Shown: in pieces, positions 15,326 to 28,670 of the stretch
Layout of the letters: the number at the start of each line of letters is the position of its first letter
Numbering within the stretch: the first letter of the stretch is position 1
Source of the DNA: Kondoa subrosea
Lineage: Eukaryota
DNA length: 64,000 bases
Direction: 5' to 3'
Assembly: GCA_039545335.1 (NCBI GenBank)
Contig: BCIN01000002.1
Span: forward strand, 1,846,484 to 1,910,483
Position numbers and translations under genes: made by a program
The notes under the pieces: generated by a model
What the model was told of the DNA's origin: nothing
The model's input: the letters and a program-made list of their open reading frames with translations, nothing else
The model's database searches: none

Positions 15326-15413
15326 CACGGGAGTGAGACTGGGCTCGCATGCGCCTTAAGGCAGTTTTTCCACGGGAGTGAGACTGGTCTCGCATCGCGC
15401 CTTGAGGCAGTTT
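15326..15413. repeat. Imperfect ~43-bp tandem duplication just upstream of RIC1
   Basis: CACGGGAGTGAGACTGGGCTCGCATGCGCCTTAAGGCAGTTT (15326-15367) versus CACGGGAGTGAGACTGGTCTCGCATCGCGCCTTGAGGCAGTTT (15371-15413). Confidence 0.9.
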
Positions 15414-15451
15414 AAATGAGTTGTACTCCGAACTGTTGTTAGCAAACCAAA

Positions 15452-18400
15452 ATGTATTTTCCGATCAACGCCTGCAAGCGGCTTGCTTTGAGCACAGCTT
15501 GTACGCCTGATGATTCTACACCTCTGCCTGCTTCCTTGGCAGAGATTGCAAAGATTGGAGGCGCACGCGAAGAGACGCTTGTTGACATGCAAAGCGGATC
15601 GGATGGAGAACTCGTAGCTATATTGAGCCAGGGCGAACTGTCCATCTGGAGTGTCAAACCCTCTGTTCTCCTCTGCAAGATCAAGCGTAGTCATCTGTCT
15701 ATCAGGCAGCATGGAGCGAACGAACGCGTTTATTGGCGCAATGTACAGAACTGGACTCCAGAAGATTGTCCCAGCTTGATTGTGCAAGTTCGTGTTTCGT
15801 GCTACCATTCAAAGCGTGTTTGACAGGGCAGCAGACTTCGAAATCTCGCTTGCTCTATTACTCGTTGCGGACTTTGTCTGGCAGTCCAGTCATCTATCAA
15901 ATGCCTACGAAACATTCCGCTGGGCCTGCCGCTGAATTTCAGGCTGGAGTTGGCGAAGCTTCAGACATACCAGGGTTGCAGCTGCGCGCGGAAGGGTTTG
16001 TAGAAATGCCGGACGATCTCATTTTGTGGTATGTACACGTAGCCAAAATACAGCACAGAATATCTATCTCACTTCTTGAATCAGCGCATGTCCGACCGAT
16101 GACCTTCTTTTGGTCGCAACGGCTTATCCCCCAGCCATTTGCTGCATTCCATGGCAGACATTTCTCCAGACCAAATCGGATAGCTCTGACCCAGCACATA
16201 CTGAAGCGACAGTCATTCCATTGACCGAATATGGCTGGATTGTAGATCCAGAGGGTTTGCTAACTTTTGATGTTCCGCAAATCTCGCTGAAGTTGCCTGC
16301 AGCTGGAATTAGCGAATTGATACAATCCACATCTTTACAGATGTTCACGATGCTCTCACTTGATGGTCGAGCCTATGTCGCTCGAGACATGAACAAGGCA
16401 AAAGGTGTCGATGCAGTAAGCAGCATTTCTGCCAGATACATTCCCACTAATCCGCATATCAGAGCATTCCCATACCTAGGCTGCAAGGACGCTGTATATA
16501 CGGTCTGACAGCTGCACCGCTTACCCACAGCAGCTTATCTCCTCAGGCACCTGCCAAAGCCACGGGATTTGCATCATTCGAGGAAAGCAAAAAGTCCGCA
16601 TTATCAGGCGGGCAGAAAGCCGTCAGTGCCTCTATCAACAATCGGCTATCTCTCATTGCTCTGGGCCTGGCAGAGTGAGTCGTGAGCTTGTTCTTCCGCG
16701 TTTTCTAAGGCGTCAATAACCAGCGGAACCTGCCAAACCTTTTCAATCTCGCCTGCAAGTCTACGCACTTCTCATTCATGTAGTATATCTCTGCGAGACG
16801 CCCTAAAAACGACTGCTTCGCATCTTGAACCCGGTTCTGTCTCATCTTTAGCTTGGTCTTCCGATGGTTTGGCATTGGCTGTCGCTTGGAGAAACGGATA
16901 CTCAATTTGGAGTGCATTCGGTCGATTGTCCGCTTGGTCGATCAACGGAGACGCAGGCAGTGGCGAGATTGATTTGCCGGACAGAGCTGCAAGTGGCTTC
17001 GAAGAACACTATATGTCGGGGGTGAAGAAAGTCAATTGGGCTGCTGGTGATTTCGAATTGTGGATGCTTTGTCCGCCTTGTACAAGTCCGAAGAATCGAG
17101 GTCGAGCATTTCTTTGATTTTCTCTGTATACAGACAGCTCAGACTCGGACCTAGCGATCGATGAACAGCTTTTCCTCATGCCTTTTGCAAGAAGCGCGGT
17201 CACTGGTATACACTCGCCGGTACGCCAAGTTCTGACATCTGGAAAGATGTCTTGGGGAAGATATCTAATAATAGAGACAGGACAACACTAATCATGCTTT
17301 TCTGCAAATGGAAGACCGTATAATGGTGTATCGGGGGGCTGATCAACCTGACATGAGTGTTATCAATCCAGAATCAGACGTTTGGCAGCATATAAAGGTC
17401 GCTTGTATATTTCCACGTTTTCTTACCACTAACTTTCACTAATAGATGCCGAATCAATACCTGGCAACGCAATGGCCTGTCAGATTAGCATGCATTAGCT
17501 CGGATGGAAGATTAATAGCAATCGCCGGTCGGCATGGCCTTGCTCACTACAACGCTTTCTCCGGTCGCTGGAAGCTCTTTGAACGTGAAGAAGAGGAGGC
17601 ATCCTTTGTCGTTCGTGGGGGCATGCAGTGGTATGGTAGCTTCCTCATTGCTGCTACGGAGGAAGATGGTAAAGCCAAGGCAAGTACTATTATTTGCACA
17701 AAGTCAGCCGCGTGGCTGACCCTTTGCTTAGCTTCGGTTATATGCTCGAGATCGACAATTGGCTGCTCATTCTGCTATTCAAGAGCACGGTTTTACTTCC
17801 CCTATCATCAATATGACCATCTTCGACAACTCGCTCCTGGTATATACAGGCGATAATACTCTCCACCACTTTCTCATTCTAACTGTGAAAGACATCGCAT
17901 CCCTCAAATCATGTGGCAGCATTGGCTTCGAAGGTGTTGTCCGCGATCCATCTAGGGTTAGAGGTATGAGCTGGCTTGTGCCTCGAGCTCAGCAACGTTT
18001 GTGGACAATATCAAATGCCACGCAGTAGAGGCTAATCATCGTTGCTTCTAGGTTTTGGAGATCCAGCCGATGACCTGAATGTGGCTACCATCATCTTCCT
18101 CATTGACGATAAATTGGTATTATTGAGACCACGCAGGGCCATTAGGGCGGAGGTCAAGTACGACCTTCAAGTATTAGCCGAGCGGATAGAATTCTATTGG
18201 ACGCATCTATCTGGCATTGGTACACTAGAAAACTCGCTTTGGGGATGGAATGGGCAGACGATTCGAGTTTGGCTGAATGCTTTGACTATAGAGATCTCTC
18301 AAAGCACTCCTGAATCGGGTCTACTCAGTGCTCGTGATAACACGGAACTGATTACAGAAAGTTTGGCTATAGAATTGGACTTTTATCCGCTTTGTAAGTC

Positions 18401-19569
18401 TCACCCGCCGTTTGTATTCAGATGCTGAGGCGCAGAACAGCCGTTCTCATGGACAGGGGTATCATAGTCGGTATCAATCAGGAGACTGCTATCAAGCGCA
18501 GTCTTGACTTTGCGCTTTTCCGTATCAACACAAATGTGAGTCAGTCTACTGTTGCCGGCAATTTTTGTAGTTTGACGGTCTATTGCAGACTCATCTCTTT
18601 CTGCATCATGTTCTACGCTTTCATCTCGCTCGCATTCAAATACACGAAGCTGTGCTTTTCGCATCATGTTATCAATCATTGATCTACTTCGCTCACGCCT
18701 TGGAAATACTACTCCACGACGTTCTGGAGGAAGAAGCCGATGCTCTCTTGTCCTACGAGAAAGTTCAGCATAAAGAAGGCAGTAGTCGTTCAGTGACACC
18801 AGAAATTGCGCCGAAAGCCGTTCTCCCTCATGTCGTCGAGTTTTTGGATCATTTCTCTGAATGTCTGCAAGTTGTCGTTGGCTGTGCACGGAAAACGGAA
18901 ATTGCGAGGTGGAAATATCTATTTGATGTCGTAGGCAATCCGCGAGATCTGTTTGACGTAAGCTGCACTCCTCAATATCAATGTCCGCTTATGCATTGAT
19001 GTCCCAGGAATGTCTGGCACGAGGCAGCTTGAAAGTAGCAGCTTCGTATCTATTGGTGCTGCATAATTTGGAACCAATAGAACAAAGTAGCCAGGTCGGT
19101 CACTACCGTTCGCGCTCGGTATCTGACCCTGACTGTCCAGTCAGGATACTGTGCTGCTGCTGAAAGCAGCTTTGCGTACGCACGACTATCAACTCGCAAA
19201 AGAACTGCTGCGCTTTCTCTTCAGCTTGGATCACTTTGGACTCATATTACGATCAGCCTTGGAAGAAGCTAACGCTCTGCCGGAAGCCTATACAATGGTT
19301 TCGGAATCTCGTCCTCTCCCGCTCCAAAGATCTATTTCGGCGCCTCAAGTAGATTTGAATGAAGCGGATGCGGATGATGATGTAATTGATCGACCATTCC
19401 TATCAAGATCTTCCTCCAGTTCAGGTAGGATTATAAAACCCGCCTTAGTGTGATTCCGCATTGAATAAGTCTTGTAGACCGACCGAAATCTGCTATTGGA
19501 ATGGGTTTAGGCAGTCTGCTAAATCGCGTCGGTTTGACTGGCGGATCGCATCTTCAGCGGAGCATGTGA
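15452..19569 (+). CDS. RIC1: RIC1, Rab6/Ypt6 GEF complex subunit
   Basis: N-terminal MYFP, INPESDVWQHIK, WPVRLACISSDGRLIAIAG, LDFYPL, YFAHALEILLH, VVGCARKTE and AASYLLVLHNLE. Confidence 0.92.
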
Positions 19570-19760
19570 ATGTAGTGTTGCGAACAACGCCGAACATTAG
19601 TGACAAGGAGAATTATACCGAGATTACATAAAGAAAAGCAACAGCGACTTATGATTCTATAAAGGAGTAGATAGAGTAAGGTGCCCTGAAAATACGTCCT
19701 GCGATTTCCTTTCCAAACACATACAAAAAAACTCGCAGTCTACGACGCGGTCAAATTGAC

Positions 19761-20858
<1,098 letters not shown>

Positions 20859-21068
20859 CTTCGCGAAGGGGCTGAGAATATGTATTTGAAGTTTGCGGGA
20901 AAGTAGAGCCTTGTTCTGACGACAGGCGTACTAAGATTTAAGACAGGCAGTGGCTAGACCTGTAGAGAACTCACCTCTAAGAGGAGATGGATGTAACGGC
21001 ACAGAACCCGACCTTCGTTCACTTAAAGGGCTTGACTCTTAACCTTGAACACCTCGCTAGGAATCCAG

Positions 21069-23103
21069 ATGGCCGATACTACTGCACCGAAGCTCAGTCC
21101 AGCTGTCAAGCAAGGTTTGTCACGCTCGAAAGTCTTTATACAAGCGAAAAAGTTCAATGCGTCTGTTTTCACTCAGATGGCCCTGCTGAGAGTTCGCGCG
21201 ATGTTCCTCGTGAAAGTACCAATGCTCCTACTGGTCCAATCAAACGCGAAGATCCTCCGAAGCGTGAACCCCCTCGAGGTGAACGAGGCGAAAGACTTGT
21301 TGAACGAAACTCGGGTTGGCACACGATGGATGCTGCTACTTCAGAGGGTCGCAAGATTTTCATTGCCGGTCTGCCAGAGGACACATCTCAGGAAGATTTA
21401 CAAGATTGTTTTGGACAAATAGGACCTATCTTGTCTTGCGAGCTAAAGAAGGGCTACGGCTTCGTTGTAGGTTTCCTTTCCTCTGGCCGAGCACCGCTGC
21501 AGAACTCGATATCTCCTCTGCCCGTACTTCTGAGGCTACTTGCTGTGTTTCGAACCCGACACTTGTTTTCGAGAACATGTTGAGCAATGCCCCGTCTTGC
21601 ATTTTCATAACCTCGTGCTTTTGATTTTGGAAGGACTGTGACCTGATTTGTCGTGCTTCGCCCTTGCTCAGGAATTCAGCTCCAATCAAGATGCTGCCAA
21701 TGCTGTTGCTAAGTACGACCAAGGTTCTTTTCTGGGCGAGCAAATCAAGGTCGAAATCTCTCACGGCCAGGGACCGCGTTTTCGAAAAGAAGGCGAACCA
21801 AAATTGATCACCTGCTTCAGCTGCAAAGGTGAAGGTCATTATGCCAAGTGAGCTTTGGTTCGAGAATACATCCATGAGCTAGATTCTGATCAGCCAGCCA
21901 GATACTGTCCCAATTCTCGCGAAGCGCAACAAAATGGCACTGGCAGAAGAGACAATGACTCGAGACCTGATTTCAGAAATTCGCGCAATGGGGATATGCA
22001 CGATCGTCGAGGGTCGTACGAAAGCAACAACCGGAACAACCCAAGACCTGCTTCATACAATGATAGAGGACATCCGCCTTCTAGGAGCTCTGGATCCGGA
22101 CCATACAGCTCTGGTCCACCCAGCGAGCGTGCACCTTATACGAGTCGTGACTCTGATGCTCGGGATATGCGTGATCGTCGACCTCCGTCACTTCCTGCAG
22201 CAATACCAGCTCCCTACCCACCATATTCCCCTTACGATTGTATGTCGACACAACACGCATTGTGTCGATGACTTATCTCATTCCTTGCTTTCCGCATCTC
22301 AGCTCGTGATCTTCGGGCCGACCCTCGGGACAGACGTGGCGGACCTTTGCCGCCTCCTGTAGCTGCTCCTGGTTATCCTGCTTATCCCGGATATCGTGCG
22401 TCACAAGCTGTAGAGCCTTGACATCGACTCAGCTCTTATATAGCTCCTGTCGATCCTTATGCATATCCACCAGTTGACCCTCGTTATGGTGCTTATCCAC
22501 CTTATCCTGCTCCTAACGATCCTTACTACCGTGGACCGCCTCCTATCTCGCCATATGATGCTTATCCTGGTGCGCCACCTGTAATTAGATCACCATATGG
22601 CGCTCCTCCTTACGCAGATAGAGGTCAGCTGACTGCACTGTAAAAAGGTCGCTGAGATTCTGATGCCGAAATCAGGTCCTTTGCCTTACTCCGGCGGTCC
22701 AAGACGATCCCCACCGTTGTCAGCTAGGTCAGGTCCTAGAGATGATCCTCGGTGAGTCTCTCCATGCGCTGTCATTCGTTGTGATGGCTGATCCCATCTT
22801 TTTTTATAAAAAAAAAAAGTGGTGCTCCTTATCCACCTCCCGCTGGTCGTTTCAGTGATGATCGTCGTCCTGCCCCTACTGGACCTCCTCAAGCCAGAAG
22901 GCACGTCTGTGCACCTCTGTAGAACGACCATCGCTAAAAATTGCATTTCCAAATACAGACGATCACTTTCTCCACCTCCAAGGCGTGATCCTTTCCCAGC
23001 AAACGGGCCTCCATCTGCTGGTTTCAGAGACAATCGTGGTCCACCATCTACTGCTCCTGCAAACAATAGGCGAGAGGGAGATTACCCAGCCGCGAGACCT
23101 TGA
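21069..23103 (+). CDS. RRM + CCHC zinc-knuckle RNA-binding protein with R/D/P/Y-rich tail (SR-like)
   Basis: RNP2 IFIAGL, RNP1 KGYGFV|EF, knuckle CFSCKGEGHYA-x-YC, and a low-complexity tail with RRSP and RSLSPPPRR. Confidence 0.85.
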
Positions 23104-23672
23104 TCGTAGTGGTATTGTTGTTACACCGTCGGCCCAAACATATACATATATACTATCATTTCGTCTCTGGCTATGGCCTCGTCTTCTCATCACCAACGGT
23201 CTTTACATCTTTCGCGTCTTCTAATCTCTCGATATTCTTCTGGCCATCCAACAATATGCCAATACACTTCAACGCCCTACGATGATGCTGCCGTACATTC
23301 CATTGACTCGACTTTGTCCCTTTCGTCTTTTGGCCTCAACAGAAAATCGACACAATCTTTTCATATTCATCGTATCTCACAAAGCTAGCCTATCCAGACC
23401 AGATTGTGCAACACTCAGCCTCTGTGTCTGATTTGAAATGGCTCAAACATTTATTGCCAACAGCGGTCAGATGCTAAGCAATGGCTGCCAGATGAACTCC
23501 GACAATTGGGCTGTGGATTCGTGCTAGGTGAAAGATTGCAGCGCACATTGGGAAAGCAACAAGGAAGTAAGGCATTATTGTATTGCAGATAGCTAAAGCG
23601 AGATTGCGCGTCAATATTAATTGTATAGTCGATACTCCCAGCGAATGCTCTTGTCGTATCGGCCGTTATAGA

Positions 23673-25173
23673 TCACAACTTAGCGTTTTTCTTCTCCCCT
23701 GTCCTGACTACTCCCTCTTGACGCAACACGACAATAAGTTCCCCGGAAGAAGAATAGATCCTTCCGCCGACTGTGCCTCTTCCGCCTCTTACTGCTTCGG
23801 CTGTGGTGTGGAACAGTACGTGATCTGAAGTGACATCATAGTTTCTACTTGATGTCATCCAGGGTGTACATGTTTGAACAACATTGAAGCTTACTCCGAA
23901 TAGAACTGCATCGAGTGATCGAGGGAAGCCACTGCACGCCGTTTGTCAGACATTTATGGATCTGCTTTGTTGTGTTTGGTGGACTCACCCATCTGAAGCT
24001 TCACCTCTGAATCTTTGTCTCCAACGCCTAGCGCAGCTGACGCTTGGCCGATGAATTGCAGATCGCTCTGTGCATTGATCAAAAATGTATGCATATAGGT
24101 TTCAGATGAAGCTTACAATATCTGTAATGGTATCGGTCAGGCCTGACTGATATGAACGATAAGTGAGAATGGACTGACAAGCTAGAATGCATTTCTGAAA
24201 GGCATGACCAGGTCGTTCAGAACTGGAGTTGCATTTGACCCAATAAGCCGATTCAGATTTTTTCGTCTGACCAGGTTTCTTCGGTATTGCGTCAAGCAGT
24301 TCCGTTGAACTACGTTTGCGATCATTCACTAGAGCTTGCAGATCTGTCGCATCTTTAAAAGCAGCACAACAAGGTACATACAGAATGTCTTACATTGTTT
24401 CGCCTTTTCTGAGATGTCAGATTGCCGTAAAGAGTTTTCCATTCTGTCCTCTATAGGTAGACACCGCTCTGGCAATGGTACAGACGGTGCATTGATCTGA
24501 TACGACCTAGTCTGATTCGGTTCAGGGACATGGACTGAGCACTCTCAGAGTTAGGACAGAGCTTGAACAATATGGGGTAGCCTACAGCTAGCGATCATGA
24601 AAAAAATGGTTGCTCCCTTCTGAACAGCTTTCACAGCTCTCGAGCAATCTGTTTGGTCCGTGTCAGATGTGTTGACGTCTCAGGCAGAAAAGAAGCAAGA
24701 AACTCGCAGCTTCGACCTTGCCTCAGACGCTCGATATGATAGACGATTGGTACTTCCACATTGCCAAACGACAGAAAGTAGCTTAAACCCACTATCAGCT
24801 CGCTCATTCGACAGGAGCGTGAAGGACTCACGCATGTAAAGAATTCAGGTGATACTGATCTTCTACACTCTGTGTTGCTGCCCAAAGTGCTTGTCCAATA
24901 ACCTAAAATGTTGCATGTGAATTACTGTACATATAGATCTTTGAGGATGGGAGCTTGCCTGGCCTCCGCTGTGACAGGACAGAGTAAGCTGCCTTCTTTA
25001 ATATAGCCTGTACTAGCATACAAAGCTCCTCTTCCCTGGACAGGGCGCCAAAGCTGTTGTTCGTGAGCGCGACATCTTCCTGTGAATAGCAACAAACGTA
25101 CGCGTACTGATCTGTACAGGTCAGTATCTAATTTCTCCACTTCTAGGGCTGATTCTATCGTCTCGCGGTCCAT
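23673..25173 (-). CDS. TES1: Acyl-CoA thioesterase II, peroxisomal
   Basis: LEVEKLDTDLYRS, RGAFGGQVIGQAL, YHIERLRQGRS, ASLDHS, GRGTVGGRIY and RQEGVVR. Ends in PTS1 AKL. Confidence 0.92.
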
Positions 25174-25566
25174 GTGGTGCAGGATGGTAAACTCAGGTCA
25201 TGAATCCTTTCCAAATTGATCAGCGACTCTGTAACTTGAATACAATCCATATAATCTGTCATCATTGTACAATAGCAGCCTTTGACATTAGCCACGGTAA
25301 AGGAGGCTGCCCAGCGGCACAAAATCTTGTAAATGTCGATACAGATAAGGTCGGCGATAAGGCGTACAGTACTATACTGTTGTGGTGTCGTTGTGTATAA
25401 TATCGAATATACTGTACTGTACAGTAATATCTACCCAGCGTGCATCATTTCGCTTCCGACCAACTTCTGGCGCGGCATCGGCAGCAAGTTTTTCTTTTCC
25501 TCTTCTTTCTTCAATCCGTACTTTTAAGATCGCCTCTGTCTACAGCACGCATATTCCAATACAATC

Positions 25567-27231
25567 ATGACCGCTGAAGTGCCTCCTCAAATGCTTCATA
25601 TCCAGCATTTCAAGCATGCGCAATTCGAAGTCGAGTAAGTTCAGAAGCAACTCTAGCACGCACCAGCTCATTAGTACTACAGCGCTGTGCTTTTTGATAT
25701 GGATGGAACGCTGGCAAGTCCAACCCTTTGCATTCACTTCCCGCCCTTAGCTCATTTCGATTCTCTATAGGTCGATTCCGTATGTGAAAATCTGATAGCG
25801 CTGCTTTGCGCCTGATAATCTTGCAGATTGGTGCTGTAGAAGGCGCATGGGGTTCAGTAGCTGTAGAATTGGGCAAAGACCCTCAAGAGTGATTGATAAC
25901 TCCCGGCGTGCTGGTTACAATGGCTCATTTCAGTGTTGCAGAGTTATAGACGCCACGCATGGCAGAAGGGTATGCTTCTGTATAAGCTCTTGTGATGGCG
26001 CTCATCGCAACTTATCCCGCACAGGCAATTGACAATCTCAAAGACCTCAAACCTGAATTACGCCGTCTGTCTGAAGTTGAAATGGATCCGCATGTGCAAG
26101 AATTCGAGATCAAGATCCTGGACAACGCTGATGCTTTCAGCAAAGAAGTTAGAAGTCGTCGGGAGTCAGTTGCTTCATCCAGAGTAAGCCAACTGTCGCA
26201 AACGGAGTGCATTGTTTAAGCATTCCATTTCCAGAGTGCAAGTCGAAGAGCTTCTCGTTCTGCTTCGGGCGCAGCCAGTCCCTTTGTGAACAGCAACGGT
26301 CAATCCGGCAGCAATTCCCCCAAGCAATCCTTGTCTCGTTCTGGCTCTATGTCGGCTTCTGGCAAACCAGCTCGTAAAGGTTCTTTCGCACAAGAGCTGA
26401 GCAAAAGAATGGCGGCCATGAGCATGTCCAAGCCTCCAAGTCCAGCACCCGATTGCGGCATCGTAGCTTCCCCAACTGGTGTTGAATCACCTCGAGATGC
26501 CAACGACGATGTGTTTGAAGATGACGATGACGAAGAGATTGATATTGATTCTATTCAAGTTGATACGTAGGTTGCCGAATTTCCATTCCCAAAGGCTCGA
26601 GCTGATGATCATTTCGCATCAGTTCCGATTTGACAGATAACAGTGTTGTAATTCTTCCGGGTGTTCGTCGCATGATCGATAGTATCCCTCACGGCAAATG
26701 GTGTGTCGCTACAAGCGGCGCAACAACTTACTGTCATGGTGCTCTTAAACGAGTCGGCATCGAATTGCCACCTGTTGTTGTTACTGCCGACCACAAAGAA
26801 CTGAAGAGAGGAAAACCATTTCCGGAGTAAGCAAATAGCGTAGTAATACTTCTTCAAAGTTTTGCCTGCTGATTTTGTTTTCGCAGTCCATTCATCTTGG
26901 CTGCCGAGAAGATGGGTTATGACGTCAAACGCTGTCTAGTTGTGGAGGACTCTCCAAGGTCAGTGTGGCACACCGTCAGTCTACTATGCTCACACCTGGT
27001 TGTCAGTGGTATCAAAGCTGGTATTGCCAGTGGAGCGAAGGTTCTAGCTGTATGCACCAGTCATCCCGTCGGCAAGATCTGCGATCTGGTTCGCGAGGTC
27101 AGTCGAGTTCCTTCGCCTCCAGAAGATTGATCCTGATTGCCCCATACCAGCATTTCATCGTACCTACTCTAGACAAAGTTACCGTCACTCATCAGCCCTC
27201 AGGTCGTCTATTGATCAAGATCGACGTCTGA
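25567..27231 (+). CDS. HAD-superfamily phosphatase (glycerol-3-phosphatase / 2-deoxyglucose-6-phosphatase-like) with Ser-rich insert
   Basis: Motif I AVLFDMDGTL|VDS, THGRR, VATSG, RGKPFP and motif IV VVEDSP.GIKAG. Confidence 0.9.
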
Positions 27232-27433
27232 GCGTCCCCCAAGTACTGCATTCCTTAGACTATGTAATCGTTTGCAAAGTCCAATCTTAGAATTGTATCT
27301 AGAGAGATATCCCATAGAGCTGTTTACCTTGCTTCATGAAAGTGATCATTATTTATTTGTACTCATAGCTTTCCTTCCTCTTACATCGCGCTCACTGGGA
27401 TTTTGAACTTGCAGGTTGCTTGCTCTCACTTGC

Positions 27434-28639
27434 ATGCCAGAAACTAGACCCGCTACGTCGCCTGCTCTCACTCATCTACTAGGTGGTAGTCTTTCTGGCC
27501 TGCTCAGTTGTCTTGCCCTCCAGCCGCTTGATTTGATCAAAACCAGAATTCAGCAGCGCGATAACCTGATCGATGTCTCCAAACTTGCTCGCTTCTCTCC
27601 GCTCAAAACAGTGTCTGTCGTCTGTGTTCATTGCTATGCCCGTGTGTTGACCGAGTGTTCAGAGCTTTGCTCCCGACAATCCGGCATGTAATCCAAGATG
27701 AAGGCTTTTGGGCATTATACAAGGGATCCGCAGTCACTTCGATAAGGTGCGCGCGGTGTTGAGGACACGTCATTTAAGCTAATTCCGAGATAGAAATGTG
27801 CCAGGCGTCGGATGTCAGCCTGGATCTCGGGGCACAGCTTTGTCGTGCTGACCTGTTTTCTGTAGTGTATTTCTTGTGTCTCGCGCAAACACGGCAGCTT
27901 TTTGCTCCTCTAAGCAACAAAAAGACCTCCTCTTTCCTCTCTGGAGCCGTCGCGAGAACCACAGTCGGCTTCGCGGTCATGCCACTGACCGTTCTCAAAG
28001 CAAGAGCGGAATCCAGCTTGTTGCCTCCTTCGACTATATACAACCAAGCTAGAGGGATTTATCGATTCTGTGGTATCAGAGGGTTTTGGTTAGGCAGTGT
28101 GCCAAGTGAGCTTCGACTCCATTCGTTAACTCAGCGTTGATTTGAGATATGCAGCATGTCTAAGGGACGCTCCCTACGCTGGCCTTTTTCTACTTTCCTA
28201 TGACCAGATCAAAATCATGAGCATCAGAATACGAGATTCAAGGCAAATTCCCATATCAAATGTCTGGCTCGACGGCTTCTCAAGCGCTTCTGCTTCGATA
28301 CTGGCTACTACAGCCACTTCACCTTTCGATGTAATCAAAACCAAACGTCAATTACTAGCTCATCATACTTCGCTCTTTGAAAGCTTCAAGTTGGTATTGA
28401 GGGCAAGAGGACCGGCAGGCTTCACGCGCACGTAAATTCAGGATACTCAGCTGATGATTCATTCTCTAGGCCGGTTTCTTTGATGGATTATCCCTGAGAT
28501 TGTTTCGCAAGCCTCTAAGCAGCGCCATAACGTAAGTACTCAATTGTGCCGTATGTCTCAATGACCAGACATGCCAAATCGATTCAGTTGGACCGTCTAT
28601 GAATCGGTCATCAGAAGAGCACAAACTAATGAACGATAG
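27434..28639 (+). CDS. Mitochondrial carrier (SLC25A38/Hem25 glycine-carrier-like)
   Basis: Three carrier signatures (QPLDLIKTRIQQ, MPLTVLKARAES, SPFDVIKTKRQL), plus RNVPGVG, LRDAPYAG and RKPLSSAI.WTVYE. Confidence 0.88.
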
Positions 28640-28670
28640 TAACGCCCTGTAGTATAAGGAAGAGTACACA

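Noticed and set aside
15326..15413. CRISPR-like repeat
   Set aside because: Only two adjacent copies, no spacers, no cas genes, eukaryotic context.
20868..20905. GGGGCTGAGA...GCGGGAAAG resembling part of a TPP riboswitch
   Set aside because: Lacks the remaining core (ATACC...GAACCTGAT...GATAAT), and neighbouring genes are unrelated to thiamine.
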